From assembly GCA_003971905.1 (NCBI GenBank), contig RSEE01000022.1, forward strand, positions 558,001-622,000: a DNA stretch of 64,000 nt. The letters are read 5' to 3'. Positions 1-12,529 of this stretch are shown piece by piece. Source of the DNA: Moniliella sp. 'wahieum'. Its lineage: Eukaryota. The position numbers and the translations under genes are program-made. How positions within the stretch are numbered: the stretch's first letter is position 1; each line of letters opens with the position of its first letter. The notes under the pieces are model-generated. The model did not search any database. It saw only the letters and a program-made list of their open reading frames with translations, and was not told where the DNA came from.

Positions 1-3000
1 GGTCACGCGCGCCACTAGCCAATGTTTCCCATGGACGAGGGAGGCCGTGTGCGCGGCACTTTCTTCCGGCCCAGCTGAGAAGGGGAGGCAGGTGTTCAAA
101 AAGTGGTGCGGAGCGGAGACGTTAAACGCAGCCCAGGACGGAGCCGTGGAGGGCGTCCCGCCCGTGTTAGAGTCGCGTGTTTAGGAAGGAAGAGAGCCAA
201 ATCACCGGGAAGAAACGAGGTAAAAGCTAGATGATCGCCATCAGGCCGGGTGAAAAACGGTCGAGCATGAGCAGGAAGCGCATGCGCAAGGGCCCGACTC
301 GATGAGACGGGCTGGGGAATGGATGCCGTGGGAGGCGGTAGGGAAGTACCGGCGCCCGCGGCACCCAAGTTACCTAATGGCGTGGTAGCGGCTGCCCCAC
401 TACGTGTGCGCACGCGGTCGAGATTGTCCTTGACCGAACGGTAGGCCTTCGTCCACTTCTTTACTACTCGCACCAGGCTCTCTAGCTTGACCTTTGCCTC
501 AGAGGAGATAGTCGACGGAGTAAAGACAGCGTACACATGTCCCAGCGCCAACTCGAGATCGAGCAAATCTTGATCCATAGCGCCAAAGTCCAAGTGCCCG
601 TCCCCTAACACACGGTCAGGGGCAGTCATCACGCTAGCCTTGTCCACTGATTCGGTTCCCACCGATCTTTTTCATATGTCCGTCCTCGAGATGGCGAAGA
701 TAGGGGCTTGCGTTCATCCGAATGTGTGGCAGCCAAAGACTTTGCACCAACCGGCCTTCGGCCGGTTTCGGGGGAGTAGAGAGAACCCTGACCGGGGATG
801 GCCGTCAACGTAGCAGAGGTAAACGGTTGGTGCGTCACTGGGACCGACCTCGGCGAGAATGCGGGAGAGCTATGTTTACCCAAGGAAGCAGGCCCACCAG
901 TGTTGTGGTTCCGGCGAGAACATCCGCCGCCGATTTGGAGCGTGGGCGCACAACCAACGAGGTATCCTTCGCGGGCATAGTCTGAGCAGCAGCTGGCACG
1001 CCCATCTTGGGTGCAAGGGCCACCAAGGCTGTAATTAACTCCTGTGACGCCGCGTCCTGAGCGTGATCTAGCTTGGCGTCCTCTCCGCTTGAGGGCGCGC
1101 CAGATGTGGAAACCAGACCATCTCGCGATGGAGAGGTTGCTGTGGACGCTGGGGCCATAGAGGAATGCGCTGAGGCCCGACTCGCCAGCGCGGGCATGGC
1201 CAAGAGTGCTGCTCGGACAGCTAGGAGAGAATGTGCCCACTGAGCTGATGCTGATAGCAGCGCTATGTACCGTTCATTTGCCGTTGCCGCCGCCGTATCT
1301 GCAGCCTGCCTTGCCCGCTCGGCAGAGTCTACGCGGCGAGTTAACTGGACATGGTCTTCGTCGGCAGCCGAAAGTTGCGCCCTCAAAGCGGCCAATGCCT
1401 CTGTCAAGCATCAGCGTCTGCCGCGGCGCACGCTGCTCGGCGTGCCGAACCCAGGTCGCGCGTGGCCGAGTCCACATCCACCTGTAGTCTGGCAACCAAG
1501 GCAGCGTCAGCATCCGCCTCAGCCCGGGCTGACCGCTTGATCCGTTCTTTCTCATGCTCAGCATTCCTTGTAGCCTCTTGCTGCCGGTAAGTTGGGCCGG
1601 AGAGACACCACTTCTGCGCGGAGCTCGGCCGCCTCAGTCTGGGCGGCAACCAACTCAGCACGATGCAGAGGTGACTCTCGGGAACCTGCTTAGCCTTGGC
1701 TTCCGCCGCAGCTTGGGCGGCTGAGCGGCAGCGACCAGATCGACCTGATTTGCACCTTGCTGGGCTGCGGCGAGCGACTCTTCCAGTTCAGAAATGCGTA
1801 GCGCATCGTCTTCGGCGGCTTGATGGGCTCGCGATCGGCGCGGCGGAGTGACTCAAGCTCCTTCTGCTGAGCCTTCATGACATCGGACAAATTCAGATAA
1901 TGTTGCGCAGTGTCCGCTTGGGCACGAAGATGGCGCACGGTTGCTTGGAGCTCCTCCATCTCGGCCGCTTTGCGATGTGCTTCTCCTCGGTCGCGGGTTA
2001 CTGTTTCCAAGGCATCATCCCGCTCTTCCCGCATCGACTGTAAAGCCGCCCGGTGCTCTTTACGCTCTTGTAGCAAAAGCCGCTTGAGCGCCCGAGGGCG
2101 AGCAGGCAATTCTTCTTCATTCGTTTTATTGTGCGCCTCCAACAGGTCCGACCTCTCTTCAGGATCGGCCCCGTCCGTATAAGTGGAGGTGGAGGAGACA
2201 TCGCTGGCGTCTTCCCCCAGAAGGTGCGCCTCGACTAGGTGCTCAAAATGCTCTGATACCCCATCCAGCTCGACCAGAAGCTCATTTAAGAGCTCGCGTG
2301 TTGCTTGGGTGGGACTCGGGCTCGTCCCGGCAATGATAGATTGTGGGTATCAGATGAGGGGTTTTGAAAGTCGCTACTGGTGGCATCAGGGACAGTGACA
2401 ACGTTGAATTATAATAATGCCAGGAGGCTGAGAGGTGTGAGGGGCGGGTACTGTACCCAAGAGTTTGATCAATGTGGTCAAGGAGGTCCAAAAGTTCATA
2501 AATGTGCTGTCGACTGGGCCGGGTACTGGGCGGTTCAGATTCGGTGCGCTCTGTCTTGATGTGCAAGCTGGGTGGGGGCTTGTCCAGACCACGGATTTCC
2601 CAGGGTAAGTGTTTGCGATGGTCGTGGTCGTACTTTTTGCGCTTTCGATGATCATCCATACTGAATCGACCATTAGCTGAGCAAAGGCGGTGGAGTGGTC
2701 CAGGAACGCCTGGGTAAACTCGGCACGACGAACCCGTTCCGCGATTGTGGCACCATACGCAGGTAGGATGGAGACAAGCCGTTGGAGGTAGCGAAAGTAT
2801 TCACCTTGGTTAGTCCGTCAGGCGTAGGGGGGATGGGAAGTGTATCTTGAGCAATCGCGATTTCACCACCATAGTCAGCATAAACGCTTTGCAGATGAGA
2901 AATATCAGAAAGGTGATGGACCGCAGCAGTACGAGCCGTATTCAGCTCGGCGGGTGAGACGGCGGATGGCGTCGCGAGCCACCTCGTCACAAAGGAGTAG

Positions 3001-4108
3001 CTCGTCGGTTGCCATAGCCAAGGACCCGAGCTCGGCATCACTCAGCTTATCTGCCACGGGCCATCCATTCTGGTCGGGCGAAGCAACCCCAAACATATAC
3101 TGCGCCAACTCTTGTGTCCGCCCCGATGCTTGAACTGCCTCATCTCTGGAGTCACTGCAAACTGCGTCGAGGCGGGGCCCGCCTCCTCTTGCAAAGCGGT
3201 CATGGTAGCTTGGTGTTGTTTCCCATTTTCCTCAATCACCTCGATCTGGTGCAACATTTTATCGTACACAGCTTGACCTTGTGCCGCCACGCTACGCATG
3301 CGGTCCTTGTTAATCCAACTGCTGAGCGTACGCGTCGGGGGAGGGGACTGAAATGAGCTTTCAGTGCTGCTAGAGCCAGCCCCGTGGGAAGAAACAGACA
3401 CAAGAAGCAGCTCGGGGCGAACGCTGACGAGGTCCAAGCAGCCAACGCACCCTCATAGGCATCAAGTAAGGCACGCATCCGAGCGAGCTCAAGACGGCAG
3501 GAGCTCTGCAGAGCATTGGACGCCTGTTGATGCTTTCGGCGTGTTGGATCAAGTTGTATAAAGCAACCTGAGAACCCTTGCGGACAACATCCATGCTGTT
3601 GAACAAGGCCTGAGCTCGCTCCGCATGAACAACAATGATGGCCATAGCACGTTCTGCATATGCCAGTAGCTCTTGTAGTGAGTTTGGTGTTGGAGGCGGG
3701 CAACTTGCATCGCTGGGCACACAGGCAAGGGGGGGTCAGTTTGTCAGTTTATTGAGCATGGAAGCAGACAACATACCTCCGAGAGCCGGTTCGAGAACAA
3801 GGGGCTCCTGGAGCGATGGGGCGACATGATCGGGTTCGGCTGACAAGATGTCGCGAGAAAGACAAAGAGATCGGGGTCGGAGCGGAGAGAGGGCACCTGC
3901 TGAGATGCAGCAGGGGATAGATCGGTGAGCTGGGCGAGGAGGTCATCGGTGAGCTGGGCCCCATCGTCGGTGATTATAATGACGGCATCGGCAACGATGC
4001 CAGTGACGAGCGACACCACGTCGGCCAGTGCATTGACAGAACCAAAGGCGCGCAGGGCTGGTCGAGCTCGTGGACGACGACGCCATCATGGGCGCTGTAG
4101 ACGTGCAT
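1..4108 (-). CDS. ATG11: Autophagy-related protein 11 (selective autophagy scaffold); frameshifted, 3' end beyond window start
   Basis: Stitched frames give the N-terminus MHVYSAHDG...VSLVTGIVADAVIIITDDGAQLTDD (ATG at 4108) and long coiled-coil segments (ORFs 3042-3437, 1690-2142, 835-1407). The C-terminal ATG11-domain motifs HLAFTSFLPGDLALFLP and WAAFNVSAPHHFL lie near 95-235. The reading frame is still open at position 1. Confidence 0.85.
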
Positions 4109-4389
4109 GCTGCACCAGGGCAGGCGTCGTGTCGTCACACACACGCCGCACTTGGATGAAGGGTGGGGGGAGGGGAGGGGGCGGGAAACGCGTAGTCGTA
4201 GGGGCGCCCGATGGAGGGGGGCGATGGGGGGGCGATGGGAGGGGCGATGGAGGGCGAGAGAGGCGGCGGTGGGGGGTGGAGGTGGTGAGGGGGGGGGTAG
4301 GGGAGGGTGGCACGGGCGCAGGTTGAACGTTGAACGTACCGAGTCCATTACTCGACCAGACTGAGTACCAGAGAACAGTCTGATAGCCG

Positions 4390-4397
4390 TCACGTGA
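4390..4397. promoter_or_regulatory. Palindromic E-box TCACGTGA in the ATG11 / Rieske-DUF455 bidirectional promoter
   Basis: Exact TCACGTGA between two head-to-head genes. It resembles a bHLH (Cbf1-type) site; function is inferred only. Confidence 0.35.
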
Positions 4398-4786
4398 TGC
4401 CACCGCCCAATTCCGCGGGGTCACCTGTTATCAACTTCCGTTCCGCCTGGCGACTGACGACTGAGACTGACATGTGACATGCATGCGCTGACAGGCCGTG
4501 TTGCAATTTGAAATGCGCAGGCAGACTTCTGCGGCTCTCAAGAGGTGGGCATCATCCACCGGGGGCACACATCGTCCATGGCCCAGGTGGTTTTTTTTTG
4601 GTCTGCTCGTCTGGGCCACCGCGGGCGGTGCGAAGGCATGTCGATGAGGGCTGCCGCACGCAGCCAGCTGGGCCACCACCACTTCTTCTGCCCCGCCTCG
4701 CGTCCGCTCCGCCAGAGGGTATTTGGCCCACACCGACTGCTCCCCACGCTTGCCCCCCCGCCGCCGCCCTCCGCCCCATCACCAGC

Positions 4787-6642
4787 ATGCGTCCTGCCGC
4801 CACCAGCCTGGCCCCTCCCCAGCCTCCCCAGCCCCCGTCCTCCCCCTGCGCTGCCTGGGTTTGTCCAGGTCGCCTCCCTCGATGCCCTGCACGAGTCAGC
4901 ACGCCATCATATCACCCTCCGCCACCGCGGAACAGGCGAATACCACAACCTCCTTCTCTTCACCTTCCCCCCCGCTGCCGGCTCCGCATCTTCTACGCCG
5001 CGTCTCTACTGCATGGAAGCCGCCTGTCCGCATGTGGGTGCGCCGCTGGAGAATGCGCACGTCCATCCCGCCGATCCCGATTCTGATGTCGAGTCCCCTA
5101 GTCTTGAACTGGCTGATGTGGAGGACATGGTAGTTGTCTGTCCTTGGCACGAGTACGACTTTAACCTGCGCACAGGCGAAAGCAGCCATGGGCTGAACGC
5201 ATGCGTATACGACGTCAAAACAGTAGTCTCGCCGCAAGGAAGCAGCATTTGGATTCAAACGCCCAAGCCTCACGATACGGCTGCTGCCGTCCAGGATGAC
5301 GATTGGGAGCTCATCGAGCGGAGACCCGTGAGTGATCCTTCTCACACCAATTTGCTGCTGCAATCTCGCGTGGACCCGGCCGAGGCAATGGACAAGCTGG
5401 CCATCGATACCCAAGACCCGTCCCAACACATCTCCAACCAGCTTTGCTGCTGAGGTAGCAGCGGTGCCCAGCCCCGATCCATCCCCCACTACGTTGGTCG
5501 AATGGGCCTGCCTTGTCCTCCGCTCGCCCGAGCCCGCACGCAAGGTCGCCTACACTCAGCAAGCTGTGCGCGAATTTCGCGACGGCACAATTCGCAGTAT
5601 CGGCGGAGGTCTCCCTCGTTCCCGTCACCCGACGAACAAGGTCCTGTCTATCTGGCCTCATTCCAAGTTTCTGATGGCCAAGGCTGGATGCCTCCGCTGC
5701 CCGACCGGGACGCGGAGATTAACCAAGCTTACGAACAACATGGGAATGGCGCCGTCCTCCGAGCCAAGTTCCCCCTCACACCCCACCAAGGGAAGATACA
5801 ACCCAAATGATGGACCCGACTCAGATGGCGCGTAGGGGAAAGGGGGGGTCCCAAGGTAGTCGGATCAAGATGCTGCACAGCCTGGCCAACATCGAACTTT
5901 GGGCCATCGACCTGGCGTGGGACATTATTGCACGAGGACAAGAACTGGCACATCGCCACTCATTCGCATATTTCCACCCGCTTGGGGGAGAAAAGGCACC
6001 CAAACTACCATCCCAGTTCTTTGCTGATTTTGCCAAGGTCGCTGAGGACGAAGCCAAGCACTTTAGCCTGCTTCAAGAACGGCTTTGGGCACTGGACAGG
6101 ATCCGTTTGGCCAATTGCCGATCCACGCCTCCCTCTGGGACAGTGCGTTGGAAACATGTCATTCCCTTACCGCCCGTCTGTCGATCATCACCTTGTCCAC
6201 GAGGCTCGAGGGCTGGACGTCAACCCACAAACGATTGCTAAATTTGAACGGGCTCAAGACATGCCAAGCACCGAGGTGCTTCGTATTATCCACATGGATG
6301 AGGTCACCCATGTGGCTGCGGGCCATCGTTGGCTCACGTGGCTCTGCCACAACGCCTCTTCCCCCACCTTAAACCCAGTGCAAGTGTTCCGCGACGAAGT
6401 CAAGTACAATTTTGTTGGCCGTCTCAAAGGACCGTTTAATGGTCCTGACCGTGCAAAGGCAGGCTTGGTACGTCTCCCGTCGTATCCCATCGCATGATAA
6501 TTCCCACTGACTCCTCTTTCTTTCACAGGCAAAGGACTGGTATGAGGGCCTTTACGGTGAGAAACCCCCACGGGCTAAGGATGCTCCGATCGTGGGCGTC
6601 CGGCGCGCTGAGGTATCCCATGGCGAACGGATTGAAACTTAG
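4787..6642 (+). CDS. Rieske [2Fe-2S] domain + DUF455/ferritin-like diiron domain fusion protein
   Basis: Rieske motifs ACPHVG (about 5025) and VCPWHEYDF (about 5139). Ferritin-like motifs LHSLANIELWAIDLAWD, EDEAKHF, LVHEARGLDVNP, IIHMDEVTHVAAGHRW and LKGPFN. Intron 6468-6528 (GTACGT..TTCACAG) gives the C-terminus AGLAKDWYEGLYGE...RIET* ending at 6642. The start codon is uncertain (4787 vs 4639), and several indels are present. Confidence 0.85.
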
Positions 6643-7885
6643 ATCCGGAGGCTGGACGGAGTTTAGCCTACCCCAATTGTTCTCGACCGATCTTGATCTT
6701 TGCCCGCTACCACTGCCTATCTGCATCACCAAAAATTGGACGCCACATCTACGCAATGTGTATTGAGGCCATGAAGCGGCCTGAGGTTAGCCTAATTAGA
6801 TCCAAGAGAGCGTCAGGAATAAAACAAAGTTAAAGTACCGGGCGGGTGGTCAGCTCGCAGAGGACCGCTCCGGTGACCCCCAGTGACCACATGGAGCGGC
6901 CCCCCGCTTTGTGCTGACTTTTGGCTGACAAATTTCCCCACATTCCCTTTCTTCCGCGTAACTGAAAAGGAGGTTCTTCATTGGCCCGTTTTCTTTCGCC
7001 CATCGCCCGTTACTGCACCCGCTCCAAAGGGCATAATACCTCCCAGATGATGTATAGACCTGCAGGCGTAACCCCGAAGGTGCACCCCAGGCTGAAGCTA
7101 GAAGTACTAGTTTTTTATTGGGGTGATGGTGGGGTGCTACTTCTTGCGGTGCTAATAGTAGTATTACTGCACCGTGTGAGTGTTGCTCCGAACTGACCTT
7201 TGGCGTCACAGAATTTATCGAAGAAAGAGGGGGGTCCTGGCCTGCTGGCCCGAAGGCCTCTTGGTTGCATTGGCCCTGGCGATACAGATAGAAGACACTC
7301 CAGATGCGCGAACCTGCTGCTTTGTCCCCCCATGTTTCACACGTTCTGCAAATGCTATACGGATTCAGAAGAAATGGTGCATATTTTCTTCTATGGGAGG
7401 AGCAGAATGAGAGTGTGTGGGTATAATGTGGGAAGGGAAAACGGTCGATGACGCCAGTCACGGCTACTAGTAGTCAGCGGCGAAAGAGAGCATGCGTGCT
7501 CGCAGATGTGGAGAGTTCTCTATGTCTCCATAGGCTTAAACACATCTATACTTCTGTGTCACGGTACCGATCGCGGTATATAGCCCCTCCCGTGAGACGT
7601 ACTGCATGAAAGGCACAACTCCGAAATCGTTCAAACGAGAGGGGGGCAGGGGCCTGTTGTACATATATCCTTGGTGGTACCTAACCATTCGGGTACTCTT
7701 TTTTATCGACCTACGTCCATAGCAGCGGCGCCATATGCTCCAGCACGACCACGCACGCGATAGAAAGAAGAATCAACGACCAAGCTCTCATCCTGTCGCT
7801 AACAAGGCGAGCCCCTCTCATCACAGCAGCACGCACGGCGGAGCATTACAAACTGGCTGCCGTTTATCTTCTTTTTTTCTCGCTG

Positions 7886-7911
7886 TATATAAGTGTGCAT
7901 CTCTATATAAA
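7886..7911 (+). promoter_or_regulatory. Two TATA boxes upstream of the CobW-family gene
   Basis: TATATAA at 7886-7892 and TATATAAA at 7904-7911, about 80-100 nt before the ATG at 7989. Confidence 0.5.
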
Positions 7912-7988
7912 GAGGCACAATCTGCCACTTCTTGTGGTGTAAGTTACCCCCCCCCATCACATTCGGGACCGCCTCTACTCGAAGCGCA

Positions 7989-9969
7989 ATGGCCCCGGCT
8001 GCAACACGTGCCACGGCCAAGACCCAGGATAAGGCAACCAAGCTTGATTCGCAAGCTTCGCCAGTCTACGGGGAAGATGGAGAACGGCAACTTCCCGTGA
8101 CACTCCTCAGCGGTTTCCTCGGCGCAGGAAAGAGTACGTTGCTCGAACACATTCTACGCAGCAAGGACCACGGTCTCAAGGTTGCGGTGATTGTCAACGA
8201 CATGGGTGAGCTTAACATCGACGCAGCCCTGTTGGCGAACCACAACGTGCACAAAAGCAAGAGAGGGTGGTGGAGATGCAAAACGGGTGTATTTGCTGTA
8301 CTTCGCGGTGATCTACTGGAAGAAGTAGCAGATCTGGCCAAAAACCGCAATGTGGACTACTTACTGATCGAGTCATCGGGGGTATCTGAACCAATGCAGG
8401 TTGCCGAATCCTTCTCCCCCGAATTTGCTGATATGCATATTCAAGCTGGCCACGACCTCGAAGAGGAACTCGCAAGTACGGACGACATGGAGATGCGCAA
8501 ATCCAACCAGCGCGTTGCCCAGATCCTACGCAATGGTGGACTATCGAAAATTTCCCGGCTTGACACATGCGTTACGGTGGTGGATGCAGTAAATGTGCTC
8601 AACGACTTTGAAACTGCCGACTTTCTCATTGACCGCCATGATCGAGGCGTCGTTCCTGAAGAAGACGACCGCAGTCTGAGCGACCTGATGACGGACCAAC
8701 TCGAATTTCGTATGTAACTACTTTATCCCCACCCCTCTCTCTTGCTACACCTAACACGCAACCCATTTCTAACACATTTTTGCCCCACCTCAGCAATGTA
8801 GTCATTGTCAATAAGACGGACCTGGTGAGTCCGACCGAGTTGAGCAAAATCAAGCAGTTGATTCACGTTCTCAATCCCTCGGCCCGGGTGGTAGAGGCGC
8901 CTATGGCAAAATTGACCCAAAAAGTGTGCTTGATACGAAGCTATTTAACTATGAAAAGGCCACTCTCAGCGCGGGCTGGCTTCAAAGCTTGCAGGAAAAG
9001 CATACACCCGAAACCATCGAATATGACATTGCCAGTTGTACGTTGTGCCTCCCTGTGCTTTTCATTTTTTTTCCTATGTGTGGTTCTTGCCCGCCATATG
9101 GCCCTAATACGGAAACGGCATGGACATTGTTGACACCCACCTCTCTTCATCTTTTCACAGTCGTGTACCGTGCCCGTCGTCCGTTTCACCCCAAGCGCCT
9201 TTGGCAGATGATCCGCAAAGTCTTTGTCGTCATCCAAGATGAATTGATTGATGATGGCATTGATGACCCCGAAGAAGGGAAGAAGACCGGTGTCGAAGAT
9301 GAAGAGGTCGTTGACCATAGTAATGACACAAATTCGGACCCGGATGGCGAACGAACAGCAATTGGCACGGATGACGAAGAGGGCGATGAGGATGACGTTC
9401 AAACAGACCAAGATGATGCGGAGCAGACCCAGTCGGAGAATGATGAAGAGGAAGAAGAAGATGAACCACAGCCCCAACTCAACCCAAAGCGCGTCTGGCC
9501 GAGAAGAAGGCAAGTCCAACGTTTGGCCCATTGCTCCGCTCCAAGGGATTTGTTTGGCTCGCTACTCGGCCGCTCATGTTTGGGGAGGTCCCAGGCCGGA
9601 GTGATGCTGACCCTTTCCGGGGGGTCGAGATGGCGCTGTGAAGTGCCGCGTTCTGAATGGGGGGATGACAAGGATGTTGTTAAAGCCATCTTGGACGACT
9701 TTCAAGCTCCTTATGGCGATCGACGCCAAGAGCTGGTTTTGATTGGGCACCAGATGAAGGCAAATGAACCGCGGCTTCGTCTTGAGTTGGACAAATGCCT
9801 TCTTGACGATGAAGAGATGGCGATCTTTAGCCAGATCATGCTCTCAAAATCCAAAAAGTTGCGCTCCATGGCCGCTAAGCAAACGGCTCTGGAAGAGCGC
9901 TTCGAAGATGGGTTCGAGGACTGGTTTGATGATTTGGACCCCGAGCTCCATGCTGGTCACCACCATTAA
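7989..9969 (+). CDS. COG0523/CobW-family G3E P-loop GTPase (ZNG1-like metallochaperone) with CobW_C domain
   Basis: Walker A LSGFLGAGKSTLL, VIVNDMGELNIDA, metal motif EMQNGCICC (8285-8299, in an alternate frame), LIESSGVSEP and NKTD. CobW_C motifs VYRARRPFHPKRL and YGDRRQELVLIG, with an acidic insert and a terminal HAGHHH. Introns at about 8710-8793 and 9038-9160. Confidence 0.92.
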
Positions 9970-10952
9970 CAAGCGGTACCCCCCAGATCAAATGTACCCC
10001 CTGCCCTGGCACATTATCTGTTACTTAGCTCGACATAACAGGTTTTGTGACAACTGGTCGCGGGGCTAGCTGGAGAGGACTGGTAATAAAAGAGTATATA
10101 TATCAACTCATCTCTTGGCTATATCCTGTCAAAAAGGGGGTGAATGAGTGGTTAGTAGGTATATATAATATTTCAGCAGGAGCTTCCAAGTAAGCTTCCA
10201 AGTACTCAACTAGTATAGTACTACACGTTGGTGGAAGTCGATGATCTGCTGGAACTTGGGTTCCGATGGTTGGGACGGTTTTATTCGTTGACCCTCGTGT
10301 CAGCTCCGTGCTTAGTTGAGACAGAAGATGACTTTTCTTTTGGATCTAGGCTGCTACCATTTCCACTTCATGTGGTTGGTGTTTGTACAAAATTTCATTT
10401 GATGGTTCTTCGTGTGACAGAGACCTGTGCAGGGTGTTTTGGAATACATATAATAGGATAGGTAGGAAAACGCTTACCAACAGTGGTAATCAACTATGGA
10501 TTCGAGCCCGACAAAAGGGAGGGGGAGGCGATGTGATGAGTCGAGGGTTGTCCGCTTATTGGAGGTCTACCCCTCTCATCCGTCGTATCCACGCGCGCTA
10601 CCTCCTGTTGGAAGTGAAGGGAGAAGAGGGACCTAAGCTGCTGGGGGCTGTTCCCCTAGTTTCTTAAAAACGGGGTCTGGGCGCTAAAAAAGCAACACAC
10701 AACCCGGATGAGCAGAGAGGCCGGGGCAGGGGCAGCGTGTTTGTTTCTATATAGCCTTCTCTACAGGGGCAACCGTAGAGTACACATCTTGACGACTCGA
10801 GGAATGATACTACGTCACCAAAAGAAGGCGGGCAAGACGTTTGCGCACTGGAGGGATTTGGCTATGAGTCTCAATGTAAATGGTTCCTCGCTCGGATGTC
10901 TAGTACCACGTTCATCCGTGTCCACACGCGCTACCTCGGGTGCGGGACGGGA

Positions 10953-11018
10953 TGGCGAGCACCAGAGGGTCCTGACTCCTGGCGAGCACCAGAGGGTCCT
11001 GATCTCATGGCGAACCCC
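10953..11018. repeat. 27-28 bp tandem repeat, two copies plus a partial third
   Basis: GGCGAGCACCAGAGGGTCCTGA at 10954 and 10981, then a partial GGCGAACCCC at 11009. Confidence 0.75.
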
Positions 11019-12529
11019 CTGGTTCCCTAGCAGTGGTGGCGCTACCAAGTAACTCACGCAAGATGAACGGTTCGGTTTAGACGTAGCGTTTCCCTGTCCC
11101 AGCCTTAAGCGCGTAAGCTCTGTCAATGATATGGATGCAGTATATATTGGCCGGAGCATCGCTCGTTCGGATCAATGATCGCAATGATGAGGGTGGGGGG
11201 CGCAGAGGCGAACGATATATACGGCCCACATGATTCGGTCGCCACGAGGTTACTGTTTGGTATACTGTTGCCCCTTTTCAGATTAGATAGGCCGAGTTGA
11301 ACGTTTGAGTATTGAACCTGAAGATATGAAGTGTGACGAATGATTACTAGTTACTGATGCATGATGCTGATGTGAGGATCCCGATGCCAAGCGAGACAGC
11401 AATCAAGAACTGGGCCAATAGACGATAGGGATTGATTGCTGGTGAGCGATAGTAGAGAGTAGCGAGAGGGAGAGGAGGAGGAGGAGGGGAGTGGAAGAGG
11501 GAAAACTAAGAGCTACGACTGCCGGGGCTGCTAGATAGGAGGCCAGTCAGCCAGCCACATTTCCGCCCGAGCGGAACTGCGGAGCTAGCCTGGATTGAAG
11601 GGCTGGGAGCGCCAGAGTCCGGCTATGCCTTTGGCACACCGCACTAGTGTCCCAACAATGCCCCGGCGGGATAGATGTTCGTCTGCCCGAGTGGCGTTTG
11701 GGCTGGTGCGGAAGCTGCAGACTCGACGGCACAACGAGGGGGTTTTTAATCTGTGGCTGGCCGAGTGGTGACATGTGATGTATGTGACATGAATGTGTGA
11801 CGTACATGTGACATGGGACACATGGCCATGCACAATCTATGATCTATGACGCGTGATACATATGGCGATGCATGATGGTCGATGATCGAGATCATCGGGA
11901 TGTGGAGACCACAGGCGGCAGAGTGGTGCAGTGCTCCCACGTGAAGCAGCTGAGACTAGGCACAGCCACTGTGACATGTGTGTCATAGCGCGTGTGTGAT
12001 GCATGATGGGAAGCGAGTGCTTAGCGCTTAGTCTGCTCTAGCGCCTAGCAGGCGTTGAACGTTTAAGCTGCGCGACGGAGGACGGAGGCCCAAGTGCCAA
12101 GTGCTGAGGCTGGGGCTGCGATGCGAACGTTGAACTGTTCAGCTGAAGATACTGGTCATGAGCCTGACGTACTGCACGTACGGAGGAACAGGGGCCAGGC
12201 CCAGCAGCACCTCCTGGCACCCCGCCAGCCCAGCCCAAGGAACAAACAAAGGCGCTCTCCCGTCTCCCATCTCCCACTGGGATGGCCATCGATCACTAGC
12301 ACTAGCACTGGCGAGTGGCTCCGCGCAGGCGATGCATGACGTATCAGTCTGATTCCATAATGCATAATCCATGCACATGTGAATCATCCATCGATCGAGC
12401 GCCCTCGGAGCTTTCTACTTTGGGGGTGGGACGTCGGGACGGGGTGGGGGCAGGATGGGGGCCGCCTATCGGTGCCAGCCCCCTGAGCATCCCACTACCA
12501 CCACCACCACCACACGCCAGGCCCCGACG

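Noticed and set aside
6650..7980. Zinc-responsive element upstream of the CobW gene
   Set aside because: I saw no ACCTTNAAGGT-like site or clustered CAAGGT sites.
10531..10620. GTGATGA C-box suggesting a C/D snoRNA
   Set aside because: No D-box CTGA or terminal stem at a suitable distance.
10953..11018. Direct repeats as a possible CRISPR array
   Set aside because: Only two adjacent copies with no spacers, no cas genes, and a eukaryotic context.
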